A stretch of DNA of 64,000 nucleotides, taken from positions 124,037,742 to 124,101,741 of the forward strand of contig NC_068983.1 in assembly GCF_001194135.2 (NCBI RefSeq), read 5' to 3'. The position numbers and the translations under genes are program-made. Within the stretch, counting starts at the first letter, position 1; every line of letters begins with the position of its first letter. Of this stretch, positions 51,201 through 59,400 are shown piece after piece. Origin of the DNA: Octopus bimaculoides. Lineage: Eukaryota. Below the pieces are notes generated by a model. The model saw nothing but the letters and a program-made list of their open reading frames with translations, made no database searches and was not told the DNA's origin.

Positions 51201-54200
51201 TTAAGCAATGTCATTTTTCATATGTGATGTAGTGGTGTTGCAAAATTTGACTCATGCATATTAATTTCCATTATGTCCTTTATATTGTATCAAAATTTCA
51301 TGCATTTATTTGTAAAGTTAAGGAAGTTATTAAAATTTGAAACCCATCAGTGACTTTTGGGACACCCTGTATTAGTTATATCCCATGTTCAATTATCTCA
51401 AGAAATTAAATTGAAGTTGCTCAGTAAAATAGTGTCCAATAACGGTTATTTTCAATACTTTGCTTGCTGGATTGCTCATTCGTTTCTCTTTTTGCCATCT
51501 GTGATTTTATTTTTGATCTTCTATATAAATGAAGATATTTCCTCCATCTGGAACAGTCAAGGTGATGCAGTAGATACAAATAATTACAGAGGTATTGAGT
51601 TGTTGGATCAGGTAATGAAGTCATGGAGAGGGTCATAGCCCATCTAATTAGGGAAAGAGTCAGTCTAGACGAGATGCAGTTTGGGTTTGTGCCAGGGAAA
51701 AGCACCACTGATGCTATATTTCTGGTAAGACAGCGGCAGGCAAAATACGTAACCAAAGATAAACCTCTGTACCTGGCTTTCATTGACATGGGGAAAACTT
51801 TTGACAGGGTCCCCCCTATCCCTTACCTTGTGATCAATGTGGAAACTAGGGATAGATGAGTGGTTAGTGAGAGTTGTACAAGCCATATACAAGGGATGCT
51901 GTCAGTAAGGTGAGGGTTGGTACCGAGTACAGTCCTCAGCCCCCTCTTGTTCATCATAGTCCTCCAGGCCATATCAGAGGAATTCAAGTCAGGATGCCCC
52001 TGGGAGCTTCTCTATGCTGATGACCTTGCTCTAATAGCTGAGTCACTATCTGAACTAGAGAAGTTTCAGGTGTGGAAACTTTAATATTTCTGAAAGTTAA
52101 CAACATATAGCAGAAATATGTAACACGTTTGTTATAAAAAGTGTCAAGAATTAATTAACTACTGAATCACAACCGGACCTCAAAAACTGCTAATTAATTG
52201 GATATAGTAAAAAGATGGACAAAAAGCTTAGACAAGAGTAGCCCCTAACAGAATATATATTTATTGATAGAACACATCACAGTGCTATACAATAAAAAAA
52301 ATATATTTACTCATTTAACTTGATCACTGAATAATCAATATCTAATAAAGAAATCCAGTAGCTAATGTTTGAATAATCTCATTCATTCTATCAAGAAAAT
52401 ATTTTTTTAATATTTTATAGTAGAGCTGAATGGTTTAGCATTTTACATTAAATGGAACATCTGATGGCCAAATGAATCAGGTATTGGATAAATTACTCAC
52501 AAACTCATAACCACTGCAAGTGTTTTTGAACACTTAATCTACATTGCTTTAATTCTACCAAAATCATCTGGGACTATTTTACTTGCAATGTAATAGTTCT
52601 CTATGGCTTTTTTTTTATCTGGACAAATTTAAGTAGTAAAACTTTTACAATAGGATCTCACCAGAATTAATGGTAGTCTAAAACTCTAATCATTCAAGCA
52701 AAGCATCTTTATGCCTTTAAAGTTGCCATTATGTATATGAATTACTATTAAACTATATTTAAAATTCATGCCAATATCAAAACAAATGAATTTCTGATTA
52801 AAATATTCAAAATATTTTTATTCATTACAGCTGTAAAATTTTATAATCAAAGTTATGTATAGACATAAATGACAGATCATTTTGTATGATATGGAAAATT
52901 TTGAAGAGCTGTTTGAAAACTTTTAGAGTAAATATTGCAAAACATTTACAATGGTAAGAAAACACCAATGTTTGACTCTTCACCAAATATAAAACAGTGA
53001 CCCAGATAGGGGACTATTTTAACCACAATGTCTAAAAGCATAAAAATATATGGTAGAGTGGCAGAGATTGTAAAAATTTTAAATCGTCTGCAAATCTACA
53101 TTATAAGTTCAAACCTCAACAGAAACATAAAATAAAAGCCATGAATTGAAGGCACTTTGATCAACTTAATCCCAACAAGGTAAAAAATCTTTATAATTGG
53201 TGTAAAAATAAGATAATTAAAATGGTAAAGCACTGAAATGCATTACAATATTTAGTGCTCGTCCCAATCACAACTCGAGTTCGAATTATATAGACTGACT
53301 TGCCTTCTTCCTATTTGATAAAATGTACATAGTAAATACACAAACCCAATTCCATCAGCTATATCCCTCTTCTACAAAAATTAGCCTTAGCGTATTGATT
53401 CCATGTCTATTCATAGATAATGGAGTAGGTTCGTCAGAAATATTGTAACATACAACAGTATAAAATCCCCAAAATCATGCAATTCTCAATTTATTTACAT
53501 CAACTAAACTACTTTCTATATTTTGACATAGCCACTTGTTTTCCAAACATTGATCTTTTCCTCAGTTTGTCATCAATACCTGTATGCCTAAGAATTTTTT
53601 TTTTGTATTCTTTTAATCACTATATTTTCTAAACAATTATCAATCGCTTTGAAATGAAGTTTATATCCTTGACTATCAGCCATCAACTTTATACATTAAC
53701 AAGAAACACGATTTAAATGTAAGTTGCTCAGTTATCAAAACTGTTAACATGAATATATACGACAACACTATCAGTTTTTATATCCTTAAAATATACGGTG
53801 TATATTATTAAGCAGGAGAGCGCCTTAGAGAGAAAGCGTACCCTCGTCCCTAATCTTTGATTTTATCAAACTGTCCACTTCCCATTGGCAACCTCTCATA
53901 GACATGTATATGAAAAAGAACTAGCGCCAAAAAAATACGGAATAATAGCGAATATTATTATTCCTAGCATTCGATTCCATTTAAGTCATTTCAATGGAAC
54001 CTAGACGTTACAATAAACAAGATGTTATTACCATTCCCAAGTAAAATAATTAATTGAACCAAAATGCAGATCGGGAATTTTAAATTGTAATCTTCCCACA
54101 AAATTCCAAACTGAAATGTTCATGTATTTTAATTCTTCTTGAAACTTCAAAATTTGTTTGTGTATAAGTTTGAAGCAATTAGTTCTATTTATGATGAAAT

Positions 54201-56047
54201 TACAAGATGAAAGTTGGGGAAAGTTTCGCCAAACACCAATATCTTGCAGAGAATGCAACATCGAACAAGACCATTTCTCCGTTCCTAAATTTGTTGAACA
54301 CAGCGCATTGACCTATAAACGGGTATGGAGGAATGTGCGCGCACGCGCTTACTGGCCTATATCAATCATGATTAATTGCTTTTCAGATTCAAAACCTCAG
54401 ACTTTTAAAACAATGAAATGTTTTGGTGCTGATGTAATTCACTTAAAACAGAAATGCCAGTAACGTTTGTGAAAATAGTTTTTTTCTAATTGGGAATCGT
54501 AACAAAATAGCAACACGTCAGACAAATAACATAAAACAATTCGAGTCAAAACGAAAGATAGCCCAATATTTGAATCTCTAAGTAAATGAGATTTTTTTTC
54601 ATCACTGAAAAATTTTAAATCTTAATTTCCAGCCCTACTAAAAAATTTGAATTTTCGGCAATATAGCATTTTGTTTACACAATGTAGAATAAACAGTTTA
54701 CTGAGGTTTATGTATTAACGATATATAGAGGATCCAGCTGAGAACGAAAAACGGATGCATAGATTATCAATGAATATATACATATATATGGTACTATTCA
54801 AGAAGAGTGGTCCCGGTGCGCGCAGTCGCATATATATATATATATATATATATTAATTTTCTTATGTGTGCGTGTGTATGCACCTCAATTTAGACAACAC
54901 TAACGATTTGACTTACGAAATAATTCACTACGTTTAATGAATGATACTCAACTAGCCATATATATATATAGATATAATCCTTCTTTACACGCAACCAAAT
55001 CGATGAGTTAATGATTGTGGCTATGCTGATAGTAATCTTTTTCAAAATCCTCGTACATCAAAACTACCAATGCTCCTTTGAAAAACAAACAGAAAAATGA
55101 TTCATCGTCGTCAGTATTGATATGTATGTTGCCTATAAGACTAAGGCTTCTCCATAGTGAAATGAACACCGAGTATGATAGAAGCGAGGGATGTGAGGGA
55201 CTAAATATATCTGTAATAAGTAAAGCAAATTATGTCCAACAGTAGAAAGCGTGCATAGTGATTGTAAATTTTATGAATTATTTTTTGTCTATTTTCTTTC
55301 CCGCCCCACCCCCACTCCTCACAGAAAAAGCTGGGTTTTATACCGAGAAGTATAAATGGTTAAGTTACTGAAATTACCAGAAAGAGGTAAGGGAAAAAGA
55401 AAGAAACAGAAACAAGCAAATAGATATTCCGGTGCAAAAGAAAGGGACATAATTGAATACAGAAGAATGGAGAAAGCAAATTTGAGAAATTAACTAAATC
55501 ACTTAATATCTAGTATAAATAAATGTTTGGAGTTGCAACAAAGTTTACAGAGGAGCTAACTTAAAATAATAACAACACAAGGTCAAGTAAAATAATTGTA
55601 CTAAAATCCTATAAATGGAAGCTAGCATCTAAAATATAAGACTGGTTGAAATAGAAATGTTTTCCTCCAGAAGACGATTTTATATGGCAGCCATATTGAA
55701 TGTTAAATTGGCGAAGACAGGTTGCTTGGTTTACTGTTAATACACAGGACGGCATTGAAATATGACTGATTACTCTGCCAACATTGGCTGAAAATATATC
55801 ATTTTCTAAAATATTTCATCTCCACTAAATTTTATATTATTTTGAGAAAAATAAAACAAATATGAAACTAAGAATATATTCCCTTACCAGATATCAAGAG
55901 TAGCAAGGAATATTTATTTGATTTTAACTTGTCACAGACGGAAGATAAACAAAATAGAAAAACTTTTCATGATGGTATTTTCTAATATAAAAAAATCATT
56001 CGAAATATTGAAATATATAAAAGATAAACATATTTCTTACCTGACAT
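1..56047 (-). CDS. KMT2C: KMT2C/D (MLL3/4, trr-related) histone-lysine N-methyltransferase, 5' portion; 25 coding exons, gene continues left of window
   Basis: Exons joined at AG/GT sites (one GC donor) give one uninterrupted 8,946-nt frame. Motifs follow the vertebrate KMT2C order: [157 protein letters not shown]. KMT2C versus KMT2D cannot be resolved; invertebrates usually have one co-ortholog. Confidence 0.95.
186..255. repeat. 14-bp tandem repeat (GATGCTATGAAAAT) x5
   Basis: Five perfect copies read directly. Confidence 0.95.
1817..1864 (+). ncRNA. Degenerate minimal type I hammerhead-ribozyme motif (Penelope-like retroelement remnant)
   Basis: GTCT-gtaatga-aa-GGATAT/ATATCC stem II-cg-GAAAC-AGCT-GTA-AGAC. 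Stem I is GTCT/AGAC, helix III is the palindrome ACAGCTGT, cleavage triplet GTA. The CUGAUGA core is mutated. Confidence 0.5.
3122..3337 (-). CDS. KMT2C: KMT2C-like exon 24: ELPRQYIYEGVTLSALGLQHIQNIT...NEDTCEK
   Basis: TTTACAG acceptor, GTATTT donor, phase 1-1. Resembles the KMT2C post-PHD segment (YTQDGVCLTESGM..LQSLT). Confidence 0.88.
3829..3908. repeat. (AG)n microsatellite
   Basis: About 40 perfect AG units. Confidence 0.95.
4857..5072. mobile_element. piggyBac-like MITE (degenerate)
   Basis: TTAA on both sides and degenerate CC..TACC/GGTA..GGG ends; a related copy lies in reverse orientation near 43613-43817. Confidence 0.5.
5161..5499 (-). CDS. KMT2C: KMT2C-like exon 23: poly-proline exon (LPPTPPPPPPPPPPP..gap..PPPPPEPEEEKVRCPSP...WPQPIP)
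   Basis: T8-CAG acceptor, GTATGA donor, phase 1-1. Contains a 173-N gap (5281-5453); total 339 nt stays in frame. Confidence 0.85.
5566..5785. mobile_element. piggyBac-superfamily MITE, 220 bp
   Basis: TTAA at 5562-5565 and 5786-5789; terminal inverted repeats CCCCTTGCAGA / TCTGCAAGGGG. Confidence 0.8.
6353..6567 (-). mobile_element. tRNA-derived SINE with GCCTTTCATCCTTT..GGGGTC central domain
   Basis: 16-bp TSD TTCAAGATAAATATTG (6337-6352 and 6568-6583); homologous to copies at 27071-27281 and 41643-41862. Confidence 0.8.
6676..6788 (-). CDS. KMT2C: KMT2C-like exon 22: WLHASCDGLKNEDEAERAADAGYHCLFCRPK (end of last PHD of cluster 2)
   Basis: TTTTAG acceptor, GTAAGT donor, phase 2-1. Confidence 0.93.
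8430..8773 (+). mobile_element. Probable solo LTR (CpG-rich, about 344 bp)
   Basis: Starts TGTAGTA and ends TATTATA (inverted complement with two C>T changes); AATAAA about 60 nt from the end; CpG-rich against the flanks. No TSD found. Confidence 0.4.
9558..9722 (-). CDS. KMT2C: KMT2C-like exon 21: [28 protein letters not shown]...QCVQCD
   Basis: TTATAG acceptor, GTAAGT donor, phase 2-2. Confidence 0.95.
9864..10045 (-). CDS. KMT2C: KMT2C-like exon 20: [60 protein letters not shown]
   Basis: TTTTAG acceptor, GTATGT donor, phase 0-2; strongly conserved PHD. Confidence 0.96.
10289..11960 (-). mobile_element. RTE-clade LINE fragment (RT plus 3' end), degraded
   Basis: RT motifs RQFGFVPRSTTDAIFLVKQLQEKYL..PLHLAFVD and GWAKFKEL..LSLRVKGRLYAACV; (TGA)n tail at 10289. 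Confidence 0.85.
12139..12192. repeat. (TG)n(TA)n microsatellite
   Basis: Read directly. Confidence 0.9.
12304..12408 (-). CDS. KMT2C: KMT2C-like exon 19: [35 protein letters not shown]
   Basis: TTGCTAG acceptor, GTAAGT donor, phase 0-0. Confidence 0.95.
12630..13270 (+). mobile_element. piggyBac 3' remnant with C-terminal cysteine-rich domain
   Basis: Translates RECCECR*...TPFQCAICKIALCRVRYLTSFH (CRD-like); ends ...GGAAAGGG-TTAA at about 13270. Confidence 0.55.
13675..13770 (-). CDS. KMT2C: KMT2C-like exon 18: SLYPTAVDNGEIDDHPSTVVIANSKDEYVLEQ
   Basis: TTTGTAG acceptor, GTAAAC donor, phase 0-0; resembles KMT2C HNTVVLFSSSDKFTLNQ. Confidence 0.9.
14900..15007 (-). CDS. KMT2C: KMT2C-like exon 17: GRPIAAERRRQRPTSLGDRRRGPRTKVKTGQNVGNQ
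   Basis: TTATTCAG acceptor, GTAAAT donor, phase 0-0. Confidence 0.88.
16277..16417 (-). CDS. KMT2C: KMT2C-like exon 16: GSPLQLTSLTSG...HPVGRKKIGAGRPK
   Basis: TTATAG acceptor, GTATGT donor, phase 0-0. Confidence 0.85.
17521..17635 (-). mobile_element. RTE LINE 3'-end fragment
   Basis: (CAT)n-TTAATGTCC..GCATGGGTTGGACAG, same terminus as the 10289 copy. Confidence 0.7.
18071..18142 (+). ncRNA. tRNA-derived Pol III head of the palindromic element (mirror copy on minus strand about 17995-18066); not a functional tRNA gene
   Basis: A box TGGTGTAGTGG, loop CT-ACT-AA, B-box-like AGTTCAATTCC. Confidence 0.7.
18236..18282 (+). ncRNA. Minimal hammerhead-ribozyme motif, intact core
   Basis: CTGATGA(18242-48)-A-GGCTG/CAGCC stem II-GAAA(18270-73)-CGTT with palindromic AACGTT helix III. 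Stem I is imperfect in this copy. Confidence 0.65.
18930..20190 (-). mobile_element. RTE LINE fragment, degraded
   Basis: Collinear with 10900-11900 (for example AAAGCTTTCTCCAGGTCAACAAAAGCCAAATAC and TACAATCTACCTTTC). Confidence 0.75.
20250..21000 (+). mobile_element. CR1/L2/Jockey-type LINE RT C-terminal remnant
   Basis: Frameshifted LYKT..RLTLE*CPHIW motif. Confidence 0.45.
21155..21282 (-). CDS. KMT2C: KMT2C-like exon 15: DGDSSSMKEDMAGENTVQSSQDSFYLNDDSTSSMDIDMSSLEK
   Basis: TTTTTCAG acceptor, GTATGT donor, phase 1-0. Confidence 0.85.
21949..22006 (-). CDS. KMT2C: KMT2C-like exon 14: LCSIGIRSQDEMFEELSTK
   Basis: TTTTCACAG acceptor, GTATTA donor, phase 0-1. Confidence 0.83.
22101..22215 (-). 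CDS. KMT2C: KMT2C-like exon 13: YVHVECVETVDSTFSLHFKDNECQTDYVCTVCRNRDSE
   Basis: TTTTTAG acceptor, GTACTT donor, phase 2-0; ends PHD cluster 1. Confidence 0.92.
22433..22949. mobile_element. Palindromic tRNA/hammerhead retroelement, copy 2
   Basis: Perfect 14-bp TSD AAAGGTAATTTGTT (22419-22432 and 22950-22963); same asymmetric tail as copy 1; hairpin tip deleted; 10-N gap inside. Confidence 0.85.
23007..23197 (-). CDS. KMT2C: KMT2C-like exon 12: NCRVCGDCGSRTPGSGPSSRWHLNYSVCDSCYQQRNKGLSCPLCGKAY...CKICQ
   Basis: TTTTCAG acceptor, GTGAGT donor, phase 0-2. Confidence 0.95.
23390..24375 (+). mobile_element. Tc1/mariner (maT, DD37D-like) transposase pseudogene
   Basis: Frameshifted pieces VFAYEK..PVVNKQN, TTKHLSSMMML..NGEKIPPVWF, FQQDGTPAH, WPDLKPINY; about 36-37 residues between the second and third catalytic positions. 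TIRs not identified. Confidence 0.85.
24600..24714 (-). CDS. KMT2C: KMT2C-like exon 11: [38 protein letters not shown] (GC donor)
   Basis: TTTCTAG acceptor; frame requires donor AAG|GCATGT. Confidence 0.93.
25330..26300 (-). mobile_element. Degraded L2/Crack-like LINE 3' region
   Basis: HYYNDHCSSELVDLVSLPP resembles the L2-group C-terminal motif; boundaries approximate. Confidence 0.4.
26396..26573 (-). CDS. KMT2C: KMT2C-like exon 10: AGQQALCITCGKW...[14 protein letters not shown]...RAGWQCPRCKICLTC
   Basis: TTTACAG acceptor, GTAAGT donor, phase 1-2. Confidence 0.96.
26705..26762 (-). CDS. KMT2C: KMT2C-like exon 9: DIKGPSLLCPEHTDQAETI
   Basis: TTTTAG acceptor, GTAAGA donor, phase 0-1. Confidence 0.93.
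27071..27281 (-). mobile_element. tRNA-SINE, same family as 6353-6567
   Basis: Collinear homology (TTTTGCACAAGGCCAGCAATTT...GGCAGAATTTGAA). Confidence 0.75.
27315..27419 (-). CDS. KMT2C: KMT2C-like exon 8: KCSYCHRYGATITCRIPRCTKKYHYPCAASSGCFQ
   Basis: TTTTACAG acceptor, GTAAGT donor, phase 0-0. Confidence 0.95.
27661..28172 (-). mobile_element. tRNA-derived CORE-type SINE (octopus OR-like) with an RTE 3' fragment nested at 27843-27997 in opposite orientation
   Basis: Head GGAGTGGCTGTG..GGTTCAGTCCC, core-like CTTGGGCAAGTGTCTT; homologous to 50325-50714. Confidence 0.85.
29531..29640 (-). CDS. KMT2C: KMT2C-like exon 7: [37 protein letters not shown]
   Basis: TTCAG acceptor, GTAAGT donor, phase 1-0; extended PHD1. 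Confidence 0.95.
30935..31074 (-). CDS. KMT2C: KMT2C-like exon 6: ERSKSPRRPNPH...[23 protein letters not shown]
   Basis: TTGTAG acceptor, GTAACT donor, phase 2-1; DELSLVG motif. Confidence 0.93.
31566..31781 (-). CDS. KMT2C: KMT2C-like exon 5: [30 protein letters not shown]...RGPSRPA
   Basis: TTTTACAG acceptor, GTAATA donor, phase 2-2; pre-PHD zinc knuckle. Confidence 0.94.
31978..32166. mobile_element. pogo/Tigger-like MITE, about 190 bp
   Basis: TA flanks; imperfect TIRs TCGCATTTTCCAGCATAC / GTATGCCAGAAAATACGA. Confidence 0.6.
32195..32285 (-). CDS. KMT2C: KMT2C-like exon 4: DNPCVEAIDNSIIQSSDRQLSEDSNSSGIL
   Basis: CTTCTAG acceptor, GTAATT donor; phase 1-2 bridges exons 3 and 5 exactly. 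Confidence 0.85.
33478..33716 (-). CDS. KMT2C: KMT2C-like exon 3: RVKTGRKPKYNPVVESFSPDIAMDIPTES...ETPSG
   Basis: TTTTCAG acceptor, GTAATT donor, phase 2-1; AT-hook-like GRKPK. Confidence 0.87.
34253..39869 (-). CDS. KMT2C: KMT2C-like exon 2: 5,617-nt Glu/Gln/Ser-rich low-complexity exon ending in AT-hook KRGPGRPRKES
   Basis: Within ORF 34249-40098; acceptor TTCTTTTTTTAG at 39871-39870; donor AC|GTGAGT, phase 2, joins exon 3 in frame. Confidence 0.88.
38310..38436 (-). repeat. Coding 27-bp minisatellite encoding (EEQQVEFIS)4-EEQQVQFAS
   Basis: Visible in DNA and protein. Confidence 0.9.
41643..41862 (+). mobile_element. tRNA-SINE with GCCTTTCATCCTTTCGGGGTC domain
   Basis: Head GGCGGTGAGCTGGCAGAA, B box GAGTTCAAATTCC; ATTATTAAAAA repeated on both flanks. 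Confidence 0.8.
43139..43330. mobile_element. piggyBac-like MITE remnant
   Basis: Ends GGTTTAAATGCTAAAGGGTT(G)A; TTAA-like left flank. Confidence 0.45.
43400..43570 (+). mobile_element. Tigger/pogo DDE transposase fragment
   Basis: EYCIEKEILILFTLDNAPGHPP*LDDIHPYVKIIYLLP (DNAPGHP motif). Confidence 0.7.
43613..43817. mobile_element. piggyBac-like MITE, family of 4857-5072, reverse orientation
   Basis: TTAACCTTT...GAAATATGGTAAGAAAAGGGTTAA. Confidence 0.5.
46783..47408. mobile_element. MITE, 626 bp, 28-bp perfect TIRs and 8-bp TSD (Merlin-like)
   Basis: TIR GGATCTATTTTAAAACGGGGGCCACAGT; TSD AAGTATAT at 46775-46782 and 47409-47416. Confidence 0.85.
48517..48865 (-). mobile_element. RTE 3' end fused to SINE-like fragment
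   Basis: (CAT)n..CCCATGCTTGC terminus followed by CTTTCAGTTTCCATCTACCAAATCCACTCACAAG..ACCACATGGTT. Confidence 0.6.
50204..51369. mobile_element. Non-autonomous mariner derivative made of two inverted 3' ends, TA TSD
   Basis: CAGG(T/G)TGTCCCAAAAGTCAC termini; arms of about 260 bp each carry the transposase C-terminus (ENGCHL); the centre has WFQQDRATAHTARET and FLKERVYANKPQ. Confidence 0.85.
50325..50714 (+). mobile_element. tRNA CORE-type SINE inserted in the left arm of the mariner derivative
   Basis: Full head, central (TG)n, tail ..CAAATGACTGAAACAAGT. Confidence 0.85.
51556..52079 (+). mobile_element. RTE LINE reverse-transcriptase fragment
   Basis: GDAVDTNNYRGIELL, EMQFGFVPGKSTTDAIFLVRQ, LSPLLFIIVL, ELLYADDLALIAES. 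Confidence 0.9.
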
Positions 56048-56400
56048 TTAGTCTAACCGGTGGTGCACAAGTAGCCCAGTTAAGTACTATGTGTGTCCTG
56101 CAGAACCAGCCAAGCAGTCGCCAAAGGCCTTGTTGCGGTTTCTTACCCAGTTTATCTTTGACATGAGGCAGGTCACAAATACTTAAATGATGGAAAAGGG
56201 GGCGATCCCAGAATATGATAACAATAGTAAAGAATCACTGAATGGTCGACAATGCATATTCCACAAGCAACTAGTATAATAATAATCTCAAATGTATAAT
56301 GCAACTCGCTTTCATACAAATCATAAAGTTCTCTATTCGGTTCCAGATAGATTTCGGTTTACTGAAAAGATTAAAAAAATGTTTATAAACATTTTTTTAT
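53800..56400. promoter_or_regulatory. CpG-enriched promoter/first-intron region of the KMT2C-like gene
   Basis: Locally more CpG by eye; NRF1-like GCGC motifs at 54336-54348 and 54817-54824; brackets the candidate first exon. Confidence 0.35.
56041..56047 (-). CDS. KMT2C: Candidate exon 1 coding part (ATG TCA G), giving N-terminus MSAQLIEKEK
   Basis: Strong donor CAG|GTAAGA at 56040; phase 1 matches exon 2; A at -3; CpG-rich setting. 5' boundary unknown. Confidence 0.5.
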
Positions 56401-59400
56401 AATTTATAAAAAAAAAATACAGATTATATTTTATAATGAATTATTTAATTTTTATAGTTAATCAGGTTAGTTGCTAATTAAGGTAAGATATTACTAGTAC
56501 AAATTTATATAATTTTATTACAAATCTAAATGCTTAAACTATGGAAATCGAACGAAATCATCTTTAAAGCATAAAATTATAACCAAAAAAACAATCGTTA
56601 AAATCTTCCTCTATTACAGAAAACTGATATTTATACAATTAGTGAAAGCATGACCCAAAAACGAAAACTACTCACCAACTATTATTGTAAGGTTGATAAC
56701 AAATAAGATCTCCACTGATCATTTATCAACCATTATAATAGAATAAAATTTTCTTTTATATGTCCTAATACTGTTCTTATATTATTCAATTTGCTTTGTA
56801 ATATGCGAGTAGTTGCAGTAAGCTTGTCTAAAATCCGTGAAAGTAAAATCTCCAGCCAACATTGAACGAGCAAATACAACACTAACATTAAGGCGTATTA
56901 CTATCACATCAAGCAACCAAAATCTTTAATTGGATGGTTGCTTCAGAATCCTACGCGGCAAAATATAGTTCCTTGGTCTGCATCCGGCTGATTCTTTATA
57001 CAAGAAAACTTTTAAAGTATAAGTTAAACATTAGACTTGACCTCTCCACTGATATTTTATGTTGTTTATTATATTTTCAACAAACAAACTTAATAACTTG
57101 ATCTTGTTACGATATTAGCGCACAACTACATTATCTGGTTAACTAACAAATTAGTATAGATTCACAGTGGAATTTAACCAATGTGAGCATGTTTTGGGAA
57201 GGAACTTTTTAGATAAAAAGGTTAATTCTAGCAATTCTATAATTATTATTTTAATACGTGATTTATATAACTTTAAAATAGGGTAATTAAAGATTCATTC
57301 CATGTATTTTGTTTCTAGAGTGAACTTTTCAACTCGCAATTGTGTTTTTCTCATCAGCAAAGTTTATATTTTAATAAAACTATATCTAAAGACATACTAT
57401 TTCATAATCATCATCAACAAACCTTAATATTTGAAATAACTTGCAATTTTTAACTACGGAACAGATTATCATTAGTAAGACAATTAAAGGAACTCCAGAA
57501 TTATGTCCCTTGTTTAGGTTCGTTTATAAATTTCAATTCCAACACGAAATCTTTAATCAATGAATTGAAATTGTATTTATTTAGTATTAAAATATGGAAA
57601 AAAAATACTTAAAGTTTTTAGAGAACCAAACGTTTTTAATTATACATTCTAAAGGTGTCTATATAATGAGTTCTATAAAATACAATTTAGCTTAAACGTT
57701 AATTTGTATAGAAGGAAGGCTGCTTCATACACCAGTAAACAACGAAAATTAAGGTGCTAATAATTTTAATAATTTTATTTGTTTAAATACTAATTAATTA
57801 TAGTATTATAATTTCAATAATCTAGTTTAATTATAGAAATACTTAAGAAATAATTGGAATAACACAGTTGTATATCAAAGAATAATAGGTTCGATTAGAA
57901 ATTGCGCAATTCCTTTAACTGTCAGCGGAGAGACACAATGTTGGAAGCGAGGAGGGGGTCATTCGTCTAGATAGAAAATTTTAAAGACTAGTTTGAAAAT
58001 TAAGAAACTTTCTTTACTTCTTTAGCCCTGGTTTATCGTCGTCTTCAGAAATTTACCACAGAGGAACGTATTAAATTAATGTTTATCATATACATATATA
58101 TAGAGAGAGAGGGGGAGAGGGAGGGAGAGAAAGAGAGGCGCACACACAGATGGAAGTAAATTAGATTAATACAAATTTTATTTTACTATTAAATTATTTA
58201 GAAGAATAAATTTCTCTTTGGGAAAGATATTTTACTTTGCAAATACAGGACAGAATAATTATAACCAAGATTAACATTGTCCTAATTCAGACTTTCTTTT
58301 GCAAATACTAATGAAGAAGTTGGTAATTTTATTGAAAGAGCCTTCTTTTTCACTGTTTTACTTTCATTTTCATCGTAAAAAAAATTGTGATGATTTTCTC
58401 AAATTAGAATATTTGGATATTAAGTAATTATTTATTATAACTGGATCCTTGCATTAAAGTGATAATTTGTTTATCAATGAAACAGATTTATTTTGACTAA
58501 AGACAGAACGCAAATGAAGTAGTCAATCAAGTTTGAGTGCAATCACACGTGGTCCAATCATTGAATTATACTGATTTTTATGTTTCACTGAAAATGGAAA
58601 TCAATATTGGCTGCAAAAATCTAAAAGTCCACTTAAAGATATCATTGTTTACTCTGATTTAAGACAAAGCAGCACTGTTTTAAAAGATTAACAATTTACA
58701 AAAATAGATGGTTGATAATATAACAAAAGTGCAATTACACTCTCTTAATTACACACTGCAACAAAGAATACTGGTATTTCCCTATGAGCTTTTAAGGCAA
58801 TGCATAACACTTATGTCGTTACTTTAGGTGATACAAGTTTGAGGCCCTGGAACAACCAGGAACTCTCATTACCTGATATTTCAGTAAGACAAAATGCCAA
58901 CTAAGACAAAATTTTCATTGTCAGCAAGCTGGCTCCGCAGGAAGTTTTGAATGTCACAAGTTGAAAAATCTAATTCAGTAGCATATTATGGTTTTCAGGA
59001 TCTTGTTCTATTAGATGACAGATACAGTGTCCCACATTTAGGATATGTGATGGAGAGTGTCTTATCTTCCATAATGCATCAACATCTAGCCCAAGGTAAA
59101 AAAAAAGAGTAAGCCCATCAGATATCTTGCCATCATATTTGGATGAGGGTAAGACCACTGGTTCCAGAGTTGAGGGAATATAAACCTAAGCTATAAATGA
59201 TTTTATCATCCAATTTATAAAAATAAAGAAACATTATATTCATCTCAATTCAATTGACATGGCAATCCATGACACCCACTCCTGAATTGAGGGGCTTGCT
59301 AGTAATACCTTGTTCCTTTATATACATCAGCTGCAACTTTTAACAGTAATAGAGATATGAAGTTCATCTGGACTAAAAAGAAGCCACTAATATTTACCAT

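Noticed and set aside
54028-54463. ORFs 54028-54261 (-) and 54158-54463 (+) in the CpG-rich region
   Set aside because: No known motifs; the nearby ATG|GTAATA donor is phase 0 and hits a stop on joining exon 2.
58951-59095. Possible plus-strand coding exon (MSQVEKSNSVAYYGFQDLVLLDDRYSVPHLGY...) ending at a GT
   Set aside because: Only 48 codons, no recognisable homology, and no compatible downstream exon identified in the window.
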